The notes below the pieces were generated by a model, which searched no databases, had not been told where the DNA came from, and worked only from the letters and a program-made list of their open reading frames with translations. From NCBI GenBank assembly GCA_043228905.1, contig JBHGNT010000009.1, positions 14,818,001 to 14,882,000 on the forward strand: 64,000 bases of DNA, in the 5' to 3' direction. Shown piece by piece: positions 34,975 to 46,039 of the stretch (positions are counted from its first letter, which is position 1; the number at the start of each line of letters is the position of its first letter). The stretch is from Azolla caroliniana (lineage: Eukaryota; Plantae; Polypodiophyta). A program made the position numbers and the translations under genes.

Positions 34975-37367
34975 GGGAGCCTCCTAGTGATCACTCTAGC
35001 ATGGGCCCACATATGTCTGTGTGCACGAGCTCTAGGGGTTGTCGTACCGTCTCGTAGTGGAGAGAGTGTGGACTTCGGGTATGTTTCCCATATCGACAAT
35101 GCTCGCAGAAGTCCGTCTTTGCCTGGAGTTTCGGGATGTAGCCAACCGACATCAGTCGATCAAGTCCGGCTTGAGACATGTGGCCAAGTCGGCCATGCCA
35201 TAAGTTCGGGTCGGTTTTCTCGGCTACATTCACAGCCCCTTCAGGGTTGATCGCCATCAATGGGTATAGATTATTATACTTGTGCCCACTACCGATTTTG
35301 AGGTTTCCTTGGCTAATCACCCATGTCGACTCGTGTAGAGTCGTTGAATACCCGTCTTCGGTTAACATGCCGATGGAGAACGGACTCCTCTTTAGATCGA
35401 GTACGTGCCGAACTTGGTGCAAGGTTATTGTGTTTCCATTTGGCAATCTGATGGGAACCTCCCCGGTTCCGGCTATCTTGCACTCCTACCCGTTTCCCAG
35501 TTGGATTGTGCCGTTGGCGTTGACTGAATAGTTCGAGAACCATTCAATGTTGGGGGTCATGTGAAATATGGCGCTAGAGTCTAATAGCCACGTGTGTGCA
35601 ACTTGTGCACTATAGAGGAATTCTCCGATCATTGAGTCCTCTAAGGAGAGGATTTCTCCAGATCAGGTGTCAGCAACGTTGATCTGGTTGCCGACTGGAG
35701 AGTGGTCCAAGTCGGAACGTCCCCGATTCTGCTTGGATCGCCAACCACTCTCTTTTCTTTTTAATGACCAGTAGTCGGAAACATTGTGGCAAGCTTTCCT
35801 GGAGTGTGTGCAGTACTCGCTTGATCGGCCCGTTTTCTACTTTGACCGTTGTCGGTCTCCCCTTGTTTTCAATCGGCCGTAGCGTCGACCGGTTCTGTCA
35901 GCTTGTTTTTTCGTTCAACTCTGTCAGTCGAAAGACTTGGTCGAGTGATGGGCTTCTGCCAACTCATCGATGGTTAGTCCCATCGATTTTCGCCTAATGT
36001 CCTTTGTGAGGACTTGGACGATTGTTTCGTCCAAGTTTAGGATCGGTTGGCTATTGGCGTATGTCGTGCAGAATACCTCCCAACTCGCCAGCAAGCTCGA
36101 TAGGAGGGCAAGGGCTTTCACTGCTTCTTCAAAGTTGATCCCTTGTGACGAGAGCTCAGACAACACCCGGCTGAAGGTGTTGATGTGGGAGGTTGCTGGA
36201 TCGGTCTCTCTCATCTTCATGTTGAACAATTGTTTGATCAAAATCAGTTTCGAAGATGAGGACTTCTTTTTATAAATGGCTTGTAGCTTCTCCCACAATG
36301 AGAATGTTGTTGTCTCTTTCGCCATGCTGAAATAGACGTTTTCAGCCAAATGCATTCGGATGGTGGAGCGTGCGATTTTGTCCGTTGATCTCCACTCCTC
36401 GACTGTCATTGAAGTAGGTTTTTCGCTGTGCTGAATGGCTTTGACCTGTCTTCGAATGATCAACACATCTTGCATCATCTCCATCCACAAGGCAAAGTTT
36501 TTGCCGTCGAATTTTTTGATTTGAACTCCTATTCCAGATGTTGAAGCCATATTCTGTTTGTGAACATGCGATTTCTGACCTGATCTTTTCTTTCAGCTTC
36601 TTCTGTTGTCTGTTGCTGCCGAACAGCAAAGATTCTCTCTGATACCAATTGTCGGTAACAAGTGCGATTTGCAGAAATGTGTATGGATCTGTTGTCAGTT
36701 CTACACAGTAAACAACACAGACAAAAAATAGAAAAGGTGTGGACTTACACAGTGCAAGCTCTAATGGAAAGCTTTATTGCTTCATTCTCAACCTCTCTCT
36801 GAGATACAATGCACAGACACCTCGTCTCTCTGTCACTCGTCCCTCTATACAATGTTAGGTATTCGCTTATATACTAAGCCCTAACTTATTTATGAGTTCA
36901 CACTCGGACGGATACAACTTGGAAGGAGTCGGCCTTTTATGTCAACAGTTGTTTGGTTTATGAGCCCCTAGAATGCATTCATGTGCTCCGCCCTGCTGGA
37001 TCTGTCTTGGTACCAAAGTCTCACGAACTTCCGGAATACCGAAACTCGATTTACAACGTTTTTGCTCTCCAACATGGTGCCAATTTTCTCCCAAAGCACA
37101 TGAGCCTTACTTTCTTCATTGAAGTTGTTGTATAGGCTCATGTCGATGAAGCATCATATGTATGTCGTCGTCTTCATGTGCATCACCTCCCATGTCGTGG
37201 CATCGATCTTGTCCAGTTTCTTGTCCACGAATTGTACCGACAACTAGAGATCTTTGACCACGAGCATGTCTCTCATCTTCGACTTCCACACTAGGTAGTT
37301 GGAGCCGTTGAGCTTGAACATTCTTCCAAATGACTCTTCCATTTTCTTATTTGCTCTTATACTAGTT

Positions 37368-37607
37368 TGTGCGGAATAGCGCTCAGCCACAAGCAAGACT
37401 CAAACACTTGATGAAAGAACAAAACAGAAATGGAGGTTCGTACCCTTACACAGAAGAGACGACACAGGATGTTTACGTGGAAAACCCTAATAGGGAAAAA
37501 ACCACGGGAGCCCACAGACTCCAACTATCACTATATGAGAAAGGAGGTACAACAAAAGAATTAGAGGCAACGACCTAGAGCTCTGTATCTTTCCCTACCG
37601 GCGGCGT

Positions 37608-37660
<53 letters not shown>

Positions 37661-37875
37661 ACAACTATAATGCAACTAACAATAACACTAACCTTTTAAA
37701 GTGATTGCCCTAAGTCATATTTATACTTATATGACTTTAAGACTATTTACAAATATAGCCTTTACATGCACACTAGAAACATATTTGCAGATATGTCCCT
37801 GGATCCGGTTCACACCAAATCCATCCGGATATCTTCCAGTCCGGTCCGGATCCTTCCTTCGGCTCGTCTGATTCA
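37368..37875 (-). repeat. 5' LTR of element A (outer end truncated; contains a (CT)n tract)
   Basis: Starts TGTGCGG next to the degenerate PBS; motifs shared with 1-86 and with LTR J. Confidence 0.75.
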
Positions 37876-37879
37876 GCTC

Positions 37880-38212
37880 CTTTGTACCCGACGACCCCAA
37901 TTACTGGTTGGACAACATGGACTTCTACTTGGCTAGCGGGGTGCCGCCACCACACCTCTCTAGTGATGAGAGGAAATGGTTGGCAGCACGCAACTATAAT
38001 TTTCGATTCTTGGACAACATCCTCTACTTTCACTCGGCAGATGGTATTTGGTATAGGGCGGTCCGCCAACACGAAATAACCACTATCCTCACTGCCTTCC
38101 ACACCGGGATAGCAAACAATCACTACACGGGGGACGTGACGGCCTGCAAGGGCTAGCAAAGTGGCCTTTTGGGGCCAACGGTCATCCATGATGCAGTGGC
38201 CTTCACCAAGGC
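37880..38212 (+). pseudogene. Isolated fragment of Athila-like integrase N-terminus
   Basis: LASGVPPPHLSSDERKWLA...ADGIWYRAVRQHE resembles 22709-23164 of element E. Confidence 0.8.
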
Positions 38213-41200
38213 TAAATGAAGATTCAAATGCTGAAGAAGACTTTGAGTAGGTCATTCTCAATGAAAGACATGGGTTTGGCAAAAAAAATCTTAGGGATGC
38301 ACATTGTCCGGAATCAGACAAAGAAGATGTTATGGCTATCACCGAAAAAATACGTGACTAAGGTGCTGCAAAGATTTGGCATGGAAAGTGTGAAACCGGT
38401 CGGTTCGACACTCCCGACAAACAACAAACTATCATCGCCACAATGTCTGAAGACAAAAATAGAGAAAGCTGAAATGATGAAGGTTCCTTATGCTTCAGCA
38501 GCGAAGCCTGATGTACGCGATGGTATGTACTAGGCCGGACATTGGATATGTTGTCAGAGTCGTCAACCGATACATGAGCAACTCCGGAAGAGAGCATTGA
38601 GCTACAATCAAATGGATAGTTCGGTGCCTAAAAGGCATCTCGACCATGTGCCTCTGATTTGATTCAGGTAACTCCATGTTAGAAGGCTTTATCGATTCAG
38701 ACAGGTCGACTGATGTAGATACCAGTCGATCCACGTCCAGGTATGTGATGACTTGTGGAGGTGGGGCCGTGTCGTGGCAGTCGAGGTTGCAGAAGGTTGT
38801 GGCATTGTTGACCACAGAAGCCGAGTACATGCCAGCCGTCAAAGTTGTTGAGAAGCAAGCTCAACAAAGGTATGTGATGCTTATTGAGAAATAAGCTATA
38901 GTAGTTATTAGCTAATTAGCTACTAGTGGACATAAAGGTGAAACAACTATTTAGCTATTCACAGCTATTTAGCTACAAATAGCTAATTAGCTGCATATGT
39001 AAGTGACTTATAACTTAGGTAAAAAGTATGTAGGAGAGTAGTGAGTGTGTAGAGAGAACTAAGAACAGAAAACAGAAAACAGAAAATAGACGAGAGCGAG
39101 TTTGAGTTGAGCTCTATGTGTAATGAAATAGAAGAAACTTTTTGGTTTGCTACACAGAGGTAAGTCTCCTTCCCCTTCCTTTCTATCTTGAGCACTAAAC
39201 GATCCAGCACATCACGATCCGTTGTGCACACAAAAGAGCCGTAGTGCCTTCGTAACATGGTATTAGAGCGATGTTGCTCATAAAGAAGATTAGAGCAGTA
39301 CATATCTGAAAAGTTTGGTTCTTGTTTCTGATCTGAATCAGAGAGTTGTCTGTGAAGTTAAACATAGCAAAAGCCCTAATTGAAAGAGAGAATGGTTGTT
39401 GAGAATGGAAGCCAAATAGTCATAGAAAAGCTGGATAAAAACAATTTCCCGACGTGGAAATTCAGAATGACAAATTTCTTGATGGGAAAACGATACTGGG
39501 ATTACATTGAAGGAGACCTAGAAGAGGCTCCAGAGATCCCTGAGGAAAATGCAATTGCTACACAGATTAAAGCATTTACGGAATTGAATCAAGGGGCAAG
39601 GAAAGTATTGCATTGGCTGTCACTTAGCATCTCAAATTCGATGCTTGCACACATACAGGATGCTATGCTTCCAAAAGAAGCTTGGGACAGTTTGGTAAAA
39701 CTTGCAGTGAACACAAAGGCTAGAAAGCTTCAGTTGAAGACTGAGCTAAATACCTTGGAAAAAGGTAAGATGTCAATGAATGAGTATGCTCTGAAAATAA
39801 AGAGCATATGTGAATCACTTGCTTCTATTAATGTGAAGGTAGAAGATGATGATAAGGTGGAAATATGCTTAAGAGGCTTAGGACCTCAATATAAAAGCTT
39901 CAAAACATCTATTCTCACAAGGGATAGCATCCCAAGTTTTCCAGATATGGTTTCAATGCTTGTTGTGAAAGAAAGAAATCATATAGATGATGTAAACAAA
40001 GGAAACTCTGAGACTGAGGGGCAAGCCCTCTACAATAGTGCTGGAAGAGGCCGAGGAAGAGGTCATGGAAGATTTGGTTCAGCTAGAACCAACAGTTGGT
40101 AGAGGTAAGCAAACTTATTTGAATGATGATGGTTGTTGGTATTGTGGAAAACCAGGCCATACACAGGCTGAATGTTATAAAAAGCAAAATGATGAAAAAA
40201 GAGGGAAGAGACAACAAAATAATTATGCCTCAACTAGTGAAGACTGATAAAGATGGTGCATTTGTGGTGCAACATGAAACAACAACAATGGATGAATGTT
40301 CACAGAGATGCAATGAAGATTTTATGTGGTATGTAGATTCTGGGGCATCTAATCATATGACAAGACATGCAAACTGGTTTGAAAGTCTAAGAGAACCAGA
40401 TATTCCTAGTTATGTACAAACATGTGATAATACTACTCACCAAATAGAGCATGTTGGAGATATCCTATTGTGGGAAGAAAAAGGGAAAACAAAATATATG
40501 TTGAATGTTATGCATGTGCCAAACCTTGCAAAGTCTGATTTCTGTTGGACAGATAGTGGAGCAAGGAATGCAAGTTAAGTTTAATCAAAGTGGATGCTTT
40601 ATAGAGAAACAAGGAAAGCTTATTGCAAAAGGAAAACATCAAGGAAGAATGTTTGTGTTAGATGTGGATATGCCTAAAAAGATTGCAACCATGTTTGCAT
40701 AAGGAATGAGTGTAATCTCAAATGTGGAAATGTGGCATAAAAGAATCGGTCACATAAGTATGCAAACCTTGAAAATATATGTTGAGTCAAAATGCAGTGG
40801 CTGGACTGCCTAAGTTGAAAGATTGTGAGATGAGCAAAATATGTGAAGCATGTCAATATGGAAAGCAAAACAAGTTGCCTTTCCGTCATGAAAGACATGT
40901 AAGCAAAAATTTGTTGGATTTGATACATACAGATGTATGGGGACCAACAAAAAATGCATCAATTAGTGGATGTAAGTTTTATGTAACATTCATTGATGAT
41001 TGCTCAAGGAAAACATGGGTTTACTTCATGAAAGAAAAAAGTGAAGTATTTGATTACTTCCTAAGTTTAAATGCATGGTAAAAAAGCAAGCTGGAACTAG
41101 AATAAAATGTTTAAAATCTGATGGAGGAGGAGAATACTTCTCAAATGAATTTTCTAATCTTCTATTTAATCAAGGAATACGGAGAGTTTACATGTAGATA

Positions 41201-44200
41201 TACTCCACAACAAAATGGAGTTGCTGAGAGAAAAAACGAAACTTTGGTGAACATAGTAAGAGCCATGATGACTGAAAAAAATATGCGATTGTAATATTGG
41301 GCAGAAGTTGTAAACACAACAAATTATATTCTAAATAGATGTATAACATCTGGAGTGCATGAAGTAACTCCTGAAGAATGTTTTTATGGCAGGAAGCCTA
41401 GTTTAGAACACTTAAAAGTGTTTGGATGCCTTGCTTATGTTCATGTACCTGCTGAAGTGAGAAGTAAGCTTGATCCAAAAGCTAAAAAATGTATTTTTGT
41501 TGGATATTCAGAGGAGTTAAAAGGGTATAGATGCTATAACCCTTTGACAAAAAAGGTTGTGGTAAGTCGGGATGTAATAGTTGATGAGTTGGGAAGCTGG
41601 TACAGCCCAAAACAAAATGTAGAAACTGATGAAGACAATGAAAATGAAGACAAAGATAAATCTTAAAATGTAAGAGATAACCACAAAGATGGAAACAATG
41701 TTGGACAACAAAGTTCAACATCAATAGAATGTACAGGACCATCAAAAAACTCTGGTAGTAAATCTGATTCAAATGCATGGAGTGGAAAACATGTAGGACA
41801 AAAAATATGATGATAAAAAGGGAAAACAGAAAATGCCAAAATATGAAATGCTTGATGATGGGTCTAGAAACATGGAAGATGTAGATTCTGATACATCATT
41901 GGATAATGAGCTTGGTATAGGAGCCTTGAAAATCCTCGGTATGGAAAAGGCAATGAAAGATGCAAATCAGAAACTAAGAAGATCAGATAGAGAGAAAAAA
42001 AGAGTTGAAAGATTTGGTTATGATACATACATGGCTATGCATTAGGCCTATGTGTCTAAAGTGGTACAAATCCCTAATCCAAATAATTTTGATGAAGCAA
42101 AATCTAATAAGAAATGGGTGAATGCAATGCAAGAAGAAATAGATGCATTGGCTGAAAACAAAACATGGGATTTGGTAAAGTTACCGAAAGGAAAAAATGT
42201 TGTAGGTTACAAATGGGTCTACAAGACAAAGCATGATTCCAATGGAAATGTTAGTAGACATAAAGCAAGACTTGTGGCAAAGGGATATGCCTAGATGCAT
42301 GGAATTGATTATGATGAAACATTTGCACCGATTGCAAAGATGGCAACATTGAGAACACTACTTGCTGTGAGTGCAGCCAAAAGATGAGTTCTGCACCATA
42401 TGGACGTTAAAAATGCTTTTTTACATGGTAACTTGGAAGAGGAAGTATACATGTGTCAACCACCAAGTTTTGAAGATAAGAAGCATCCAGAATATGTATG
42501 CAAGCTGAAAAAGGCTCTCTATGGATTGAAATAAGCACCAAGGGCATGGCATAAAAAACTTTCAGAATCTCTGAAAAAAATTGCTTTTCAAATGTCAAAG
42601 GTTGATCATCACTGTATGTAAAGAAGATGAATGATTGCATTGTTGTGATTTTGATTTATGTAGATGACTTAATCATTGGAGGTGATTCCATGGATGAAAT
42701 AAGATATGGAAATGCAATTTCATATGAAAGATTTGGGAGAGTTGAGATACTTTCTTGGTATTGAGATGATCAGATCTGAAAGTGGTATATATATATATAT
42801 GTTGCAAAAACAGTATGCACCAACTATGTTGAAGAATTATCGTATGCTTGGATGCAAACCTATTGGTGTGCCACTAGATAAGAATTGCAAATTGAGGGTT
42901 GATTTGGGAGCCAAAATAGAAGATGTAAACATGTACAGGTCTATGGTGGGTAGCCTCATACATTTGACTATAACAAGACCTGATTTAAGTTATGTTGTTG
43001 GATTAGTCAACCAGTTTATGCAACAGCCAACAAAGCCGCATTTGGACTGCATAAGAAAAATTTTGAGGTATGTAAAAGCTACTCAAAATTATGGATTGTT
43101 TTACAGGGCTGATTTGAACATAAAGCTAGAAGGATATACAGATCATGATTGGGCTGGAAGCCAAACTAACAGAAGATCCACAAGTGGCTATATGTTTACA
43201 TTGGGAAGTGCAGTTATTTCATGGAGTAGCAAGAAACGAGCTACTATTGCACTATCAAGTACTAAAGCTAAATATATAGGAGTTGCAATAGCCACCTATG
43301 AAGAGGTATGGATCAGAAGATTGCTTTCTGATTTGGGAGAGTATATAAATGGTGCAATCACAATTTGGTGTGACAATATGAGCAACATTCAGCTCGCAAA
43401 AAACCCACTGTTCAATGCAAGAACAAAGCACATTGAAGTGCATTATCACTTTGTTAGAGAAAAAGTGATTGAGGGAGAAGTGGATCTGTTGTATGTAAGT
43501 ACAAATCAGCAAGTGGCTGATATTCTTATGAAGGGATTGAGCATGGAAAAACATACACAATTTTGAGACATGATGGGAGTTATAACCATCGATGGTTGCT
43601 GAAAAGCATGAAGAAAAGAAGATTGAACATGATCCTAAGAAATGATAAGTTGAGCTTGAGGGGGAGTGTTGAGAAGCAAGCTCAACAAAGGTATGTGATG
43701 CTTATTGAGAAATAAGCTATAGTAGCTATTAGCTAATTAGCTACTAGTGGACATAAAGGTGAAACAACTATTTAGCGGCATATGTAGGTGACTTATAACT
43801 TAGGTAAAAAGTATGTAGGAGAGTAGTGAGTGTGTAGAGAGAAGTAAGAATAGAAAACAGACGAGAGTGAGTTGAGCTCTACCTGTAATAAAATAGAAGA
43901 AGCCTTTTGGTTTGCTACACAAAGGTAAGTCTCCTTCCCCTTCTTTTCTGTCTTGAGCACTAAATGATCCAGCACATCATGATCTGTTGTACACACAGAA
44001 GAGTCGTAGTGCCTTCGTAACAAAAGCCGGCAAGGAACTGATATGGATGAAGGAGTTTGTCGGAGAGTTGGGAATTTGACAAGGTGAATTCTGACTCTAC
44101 TGCGACAACCAAAGTGCCATTCACCTTGCAAAGAATGCAACCTATTACTCAAGGACCACGCATATTCAATGGAGATATCACTGGCTTCGAGAGTGGGTAG

Positions 44201-44891
44201 AAGAAGGGGAGTTTGCTTTGATGAAGATCCACACATCGGATTCGACATGCTGACAAAGGTGTTCTTGGCAGATAGGATAGAAGCATGTCATAGTCGGGTT
44301 GGATTGGTGAATTCCCATCCGAGGTGAAGGGGGAGTTTGTTGAGATTTAGGTCCCCCCGGATGAGTTGAATTCCAGATAAAGGTGTGTGTTGAATCGGAC
44401 GGAACCGATCTGAGAACCAGATGGAGTCTGGCGAAGGTCAAAATGTAAATAGGTTTTAGTGTCGAGCTTACTTAGGCCAGTTATGTAAATAGCCCAAAAG
44501 TTATCAAACTACAAAAGGTAACTAGAGAAAACTTTATCAAAAAATGCAAGTCGTCTTGTTCATCGTTTAGTCGAGGGTGTTTGTGTAACTGTGTACGCGT
44601 CGTGCGAGGTTGTTGCCTCTGTAACAGAACAGACAAAGCGTGAGAGAGATACCGAGAGTGTCTCTGTTGTAACCGCCTGTTGGCGAAGTGTGCGAACTCA
44701 AGGTCGTTGTCTGTGAGTTCATCTTGTATCTTTCCCTCTATTAGTGAATTTGTTCGGTGTCAGTGGGAACTCATGGTTTTTTATCCGATTTGGGGTTTTC
44801 CACGTTAATACCTTTTATGTCCTCTTTGTATTTGCTTGTTCCCTATTCCGCATTTGACTCGGTTTTGTCCGAGTTCCTGTTTTTCGTAACA
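38213..44891 (+). mobile_element. Element I: 5'-truncated copia related to A (RT/RNase H plus 3' LTR 44338-44891), interrupted by H
   Basis: FSMKDMGLAKKILGMHIVRN...; RNase H resumes at 44023; PPT GTGAAGGGGGAGTT before 44338; LTR ends ...CGTAACA (end position less certain). Confidence 0.85.
38846..44022 (+). mobile_element. Element H: AT-rich degenerate Ty1/copia, same lineage as F
   Basis: LTRs 38846-39257 and 43667-44022; TSD AAAGT/AAAGC; PBS TGGTATTAGAGC at 39258-39269; PPT GAGGGGGAG at 43658-43666; gag-pol fragments 39380-43566. Confidence 0.95.
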
Positions 44892-45360
44892 GGAACAACA
44901 TAGGGTGGTGCTCGTTTTGGGACTGTGACAAGCCCCCTTGGTGAGTCCCAATCGGTTTTGGGACTGTGTCCCAATTGGGATAGACCAAGGCATCATGCAT
45001 ACACACATACAACGTGTATACTTCCTACTCATAAAAATCCTTACCAATCACACTCAACTATTAGTAGAATTAGGAGATCAAGAACAACAAGAATGAGGAA
45101 ATGATCCTCCTTATAAAGGGCCAAAGATGGTCATTGAGGCTAGTCATTGGGTAGTCCCTTGGCCCTACCCTTTGGGATAAGGTTGGAACAACATAGGGTG
45201 GTGCTCGATTTGGGACTGTGAATGGGCCCCCTGGTGAGTCCCAATCGGTTTTGGGATTGTGTCCCAATTGGGATAGACCACGAACATCATGCATACACAC
45301 ATACAACACGTATACTTCCTAGTACCTACTCATAAAAATCCTTAGCAATCAGACTCAGTT
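44892..45360. repeat. Direct duplication of ~170 bp (44892-45060 and 45185-45360) upstream of RAD23
   Basis: GGAACAACATAGGGTGGTGCTCG...CTCATAAAAATCCTTA occurs twice. Confidence 0.88.
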
Positions 45361-45733
45361 ATACCTAATTCACTTGAACACATATTGGTACAAAGATAAT
45401 TGCATGTGCACATAGCCATATTTATACATAATGGGCTATTAAAAGTGCACACACATTCATGCACATAAGAGTATGCACATGGACACATTGAAAAAACTAA
45501 ATGCACACAGTCAATAATTTAGAAACACACCTTCACATAGTTATCGCCAGAACTAATCTACATACGCTACAACTTGGCGAAGATCGAAGAGATACCCGCA
45601 ACCCTTCATGACGGACATCGCTGGCAAAGCCATCTTCTCTAGTTTCCAAGTTTGCGGTGGCGGTCGCGTTCAACATGTGCGTAGACACGCGCATAATTTT
45701 GCGGCATTGATGCACATACAATAGTAAAGGATG

Positions 45734-45765
45734 CATACATACATACATACATACATACATACATA
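45734..45765. repeat. (CATA)n microsatellite in the RAD23 upstream region
   Basis: About 8 CATA units; nearby GAGT, GAAT and CT runs. Confidence 0.9.
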
Positions 45766-46039
45766 CGGAGGAGAGTGAAGGAACCATGAGGAGTGAGTGA
45801 GTGAGTGTGAGTGAACTCCAACTCGGACTCCATGGATTGGAGCACATGGAGCCCCCACCCAACAAATGAATGAATTATGAAACAATGACTGAATGAAGGA
45901 AGGAAGGAATGAAAGAATGAATGAATGAATACAGACAGGGGAGCTCTTTTGATTACCAGAAAGAAAAGGAGAGGGGGTTGCTCTTCCTCTCTCTCTCTCT
46001 CTCTTCTTATCTTCCACTCCTTCTTTCGACGTGGTCGCC

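Larger units (their letters stand above)
18680..36947 (-). mobile_element. Element G: degenerate Ty1/copia inserted in gag of A; hosts E, F and the 89-bp element
   Basis: 298-bp LTRs 18680-18977 and 36650-36947; TSD GTTGT (18675-18679/36948-36952); Met PBS TGGTATCAGAG at 36637-36647; PPT ~18978-18987; gag 35924-36550, INT 34353-35446, RT/RH 19190-20725. Confidence 0.94.
1..37875 (-). mobile_element. Element A: degenerate Ty1/copia LTR retrotransposon, outermost host of the nest (3' LTR runs off the left edge; 5' LTR 37368-~37875, truncated)
   Basis: 3' LTR end ...CCAACA at 86 with PPT (minus strand GTGAAGGGGGAGTT) at 87-100; RH/RT/INT 101-3019; GAG-pre-integrase and gag 17800-18674 and 36953-37342 (MEESFGRMFKLNGSNY...); degenerate Met PBS ~37353-37364. 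The coding sequence rejoins across each insertion when one TSD copy is removed. The two LTR pieces are only moderately similar. Confidence 0.85.
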
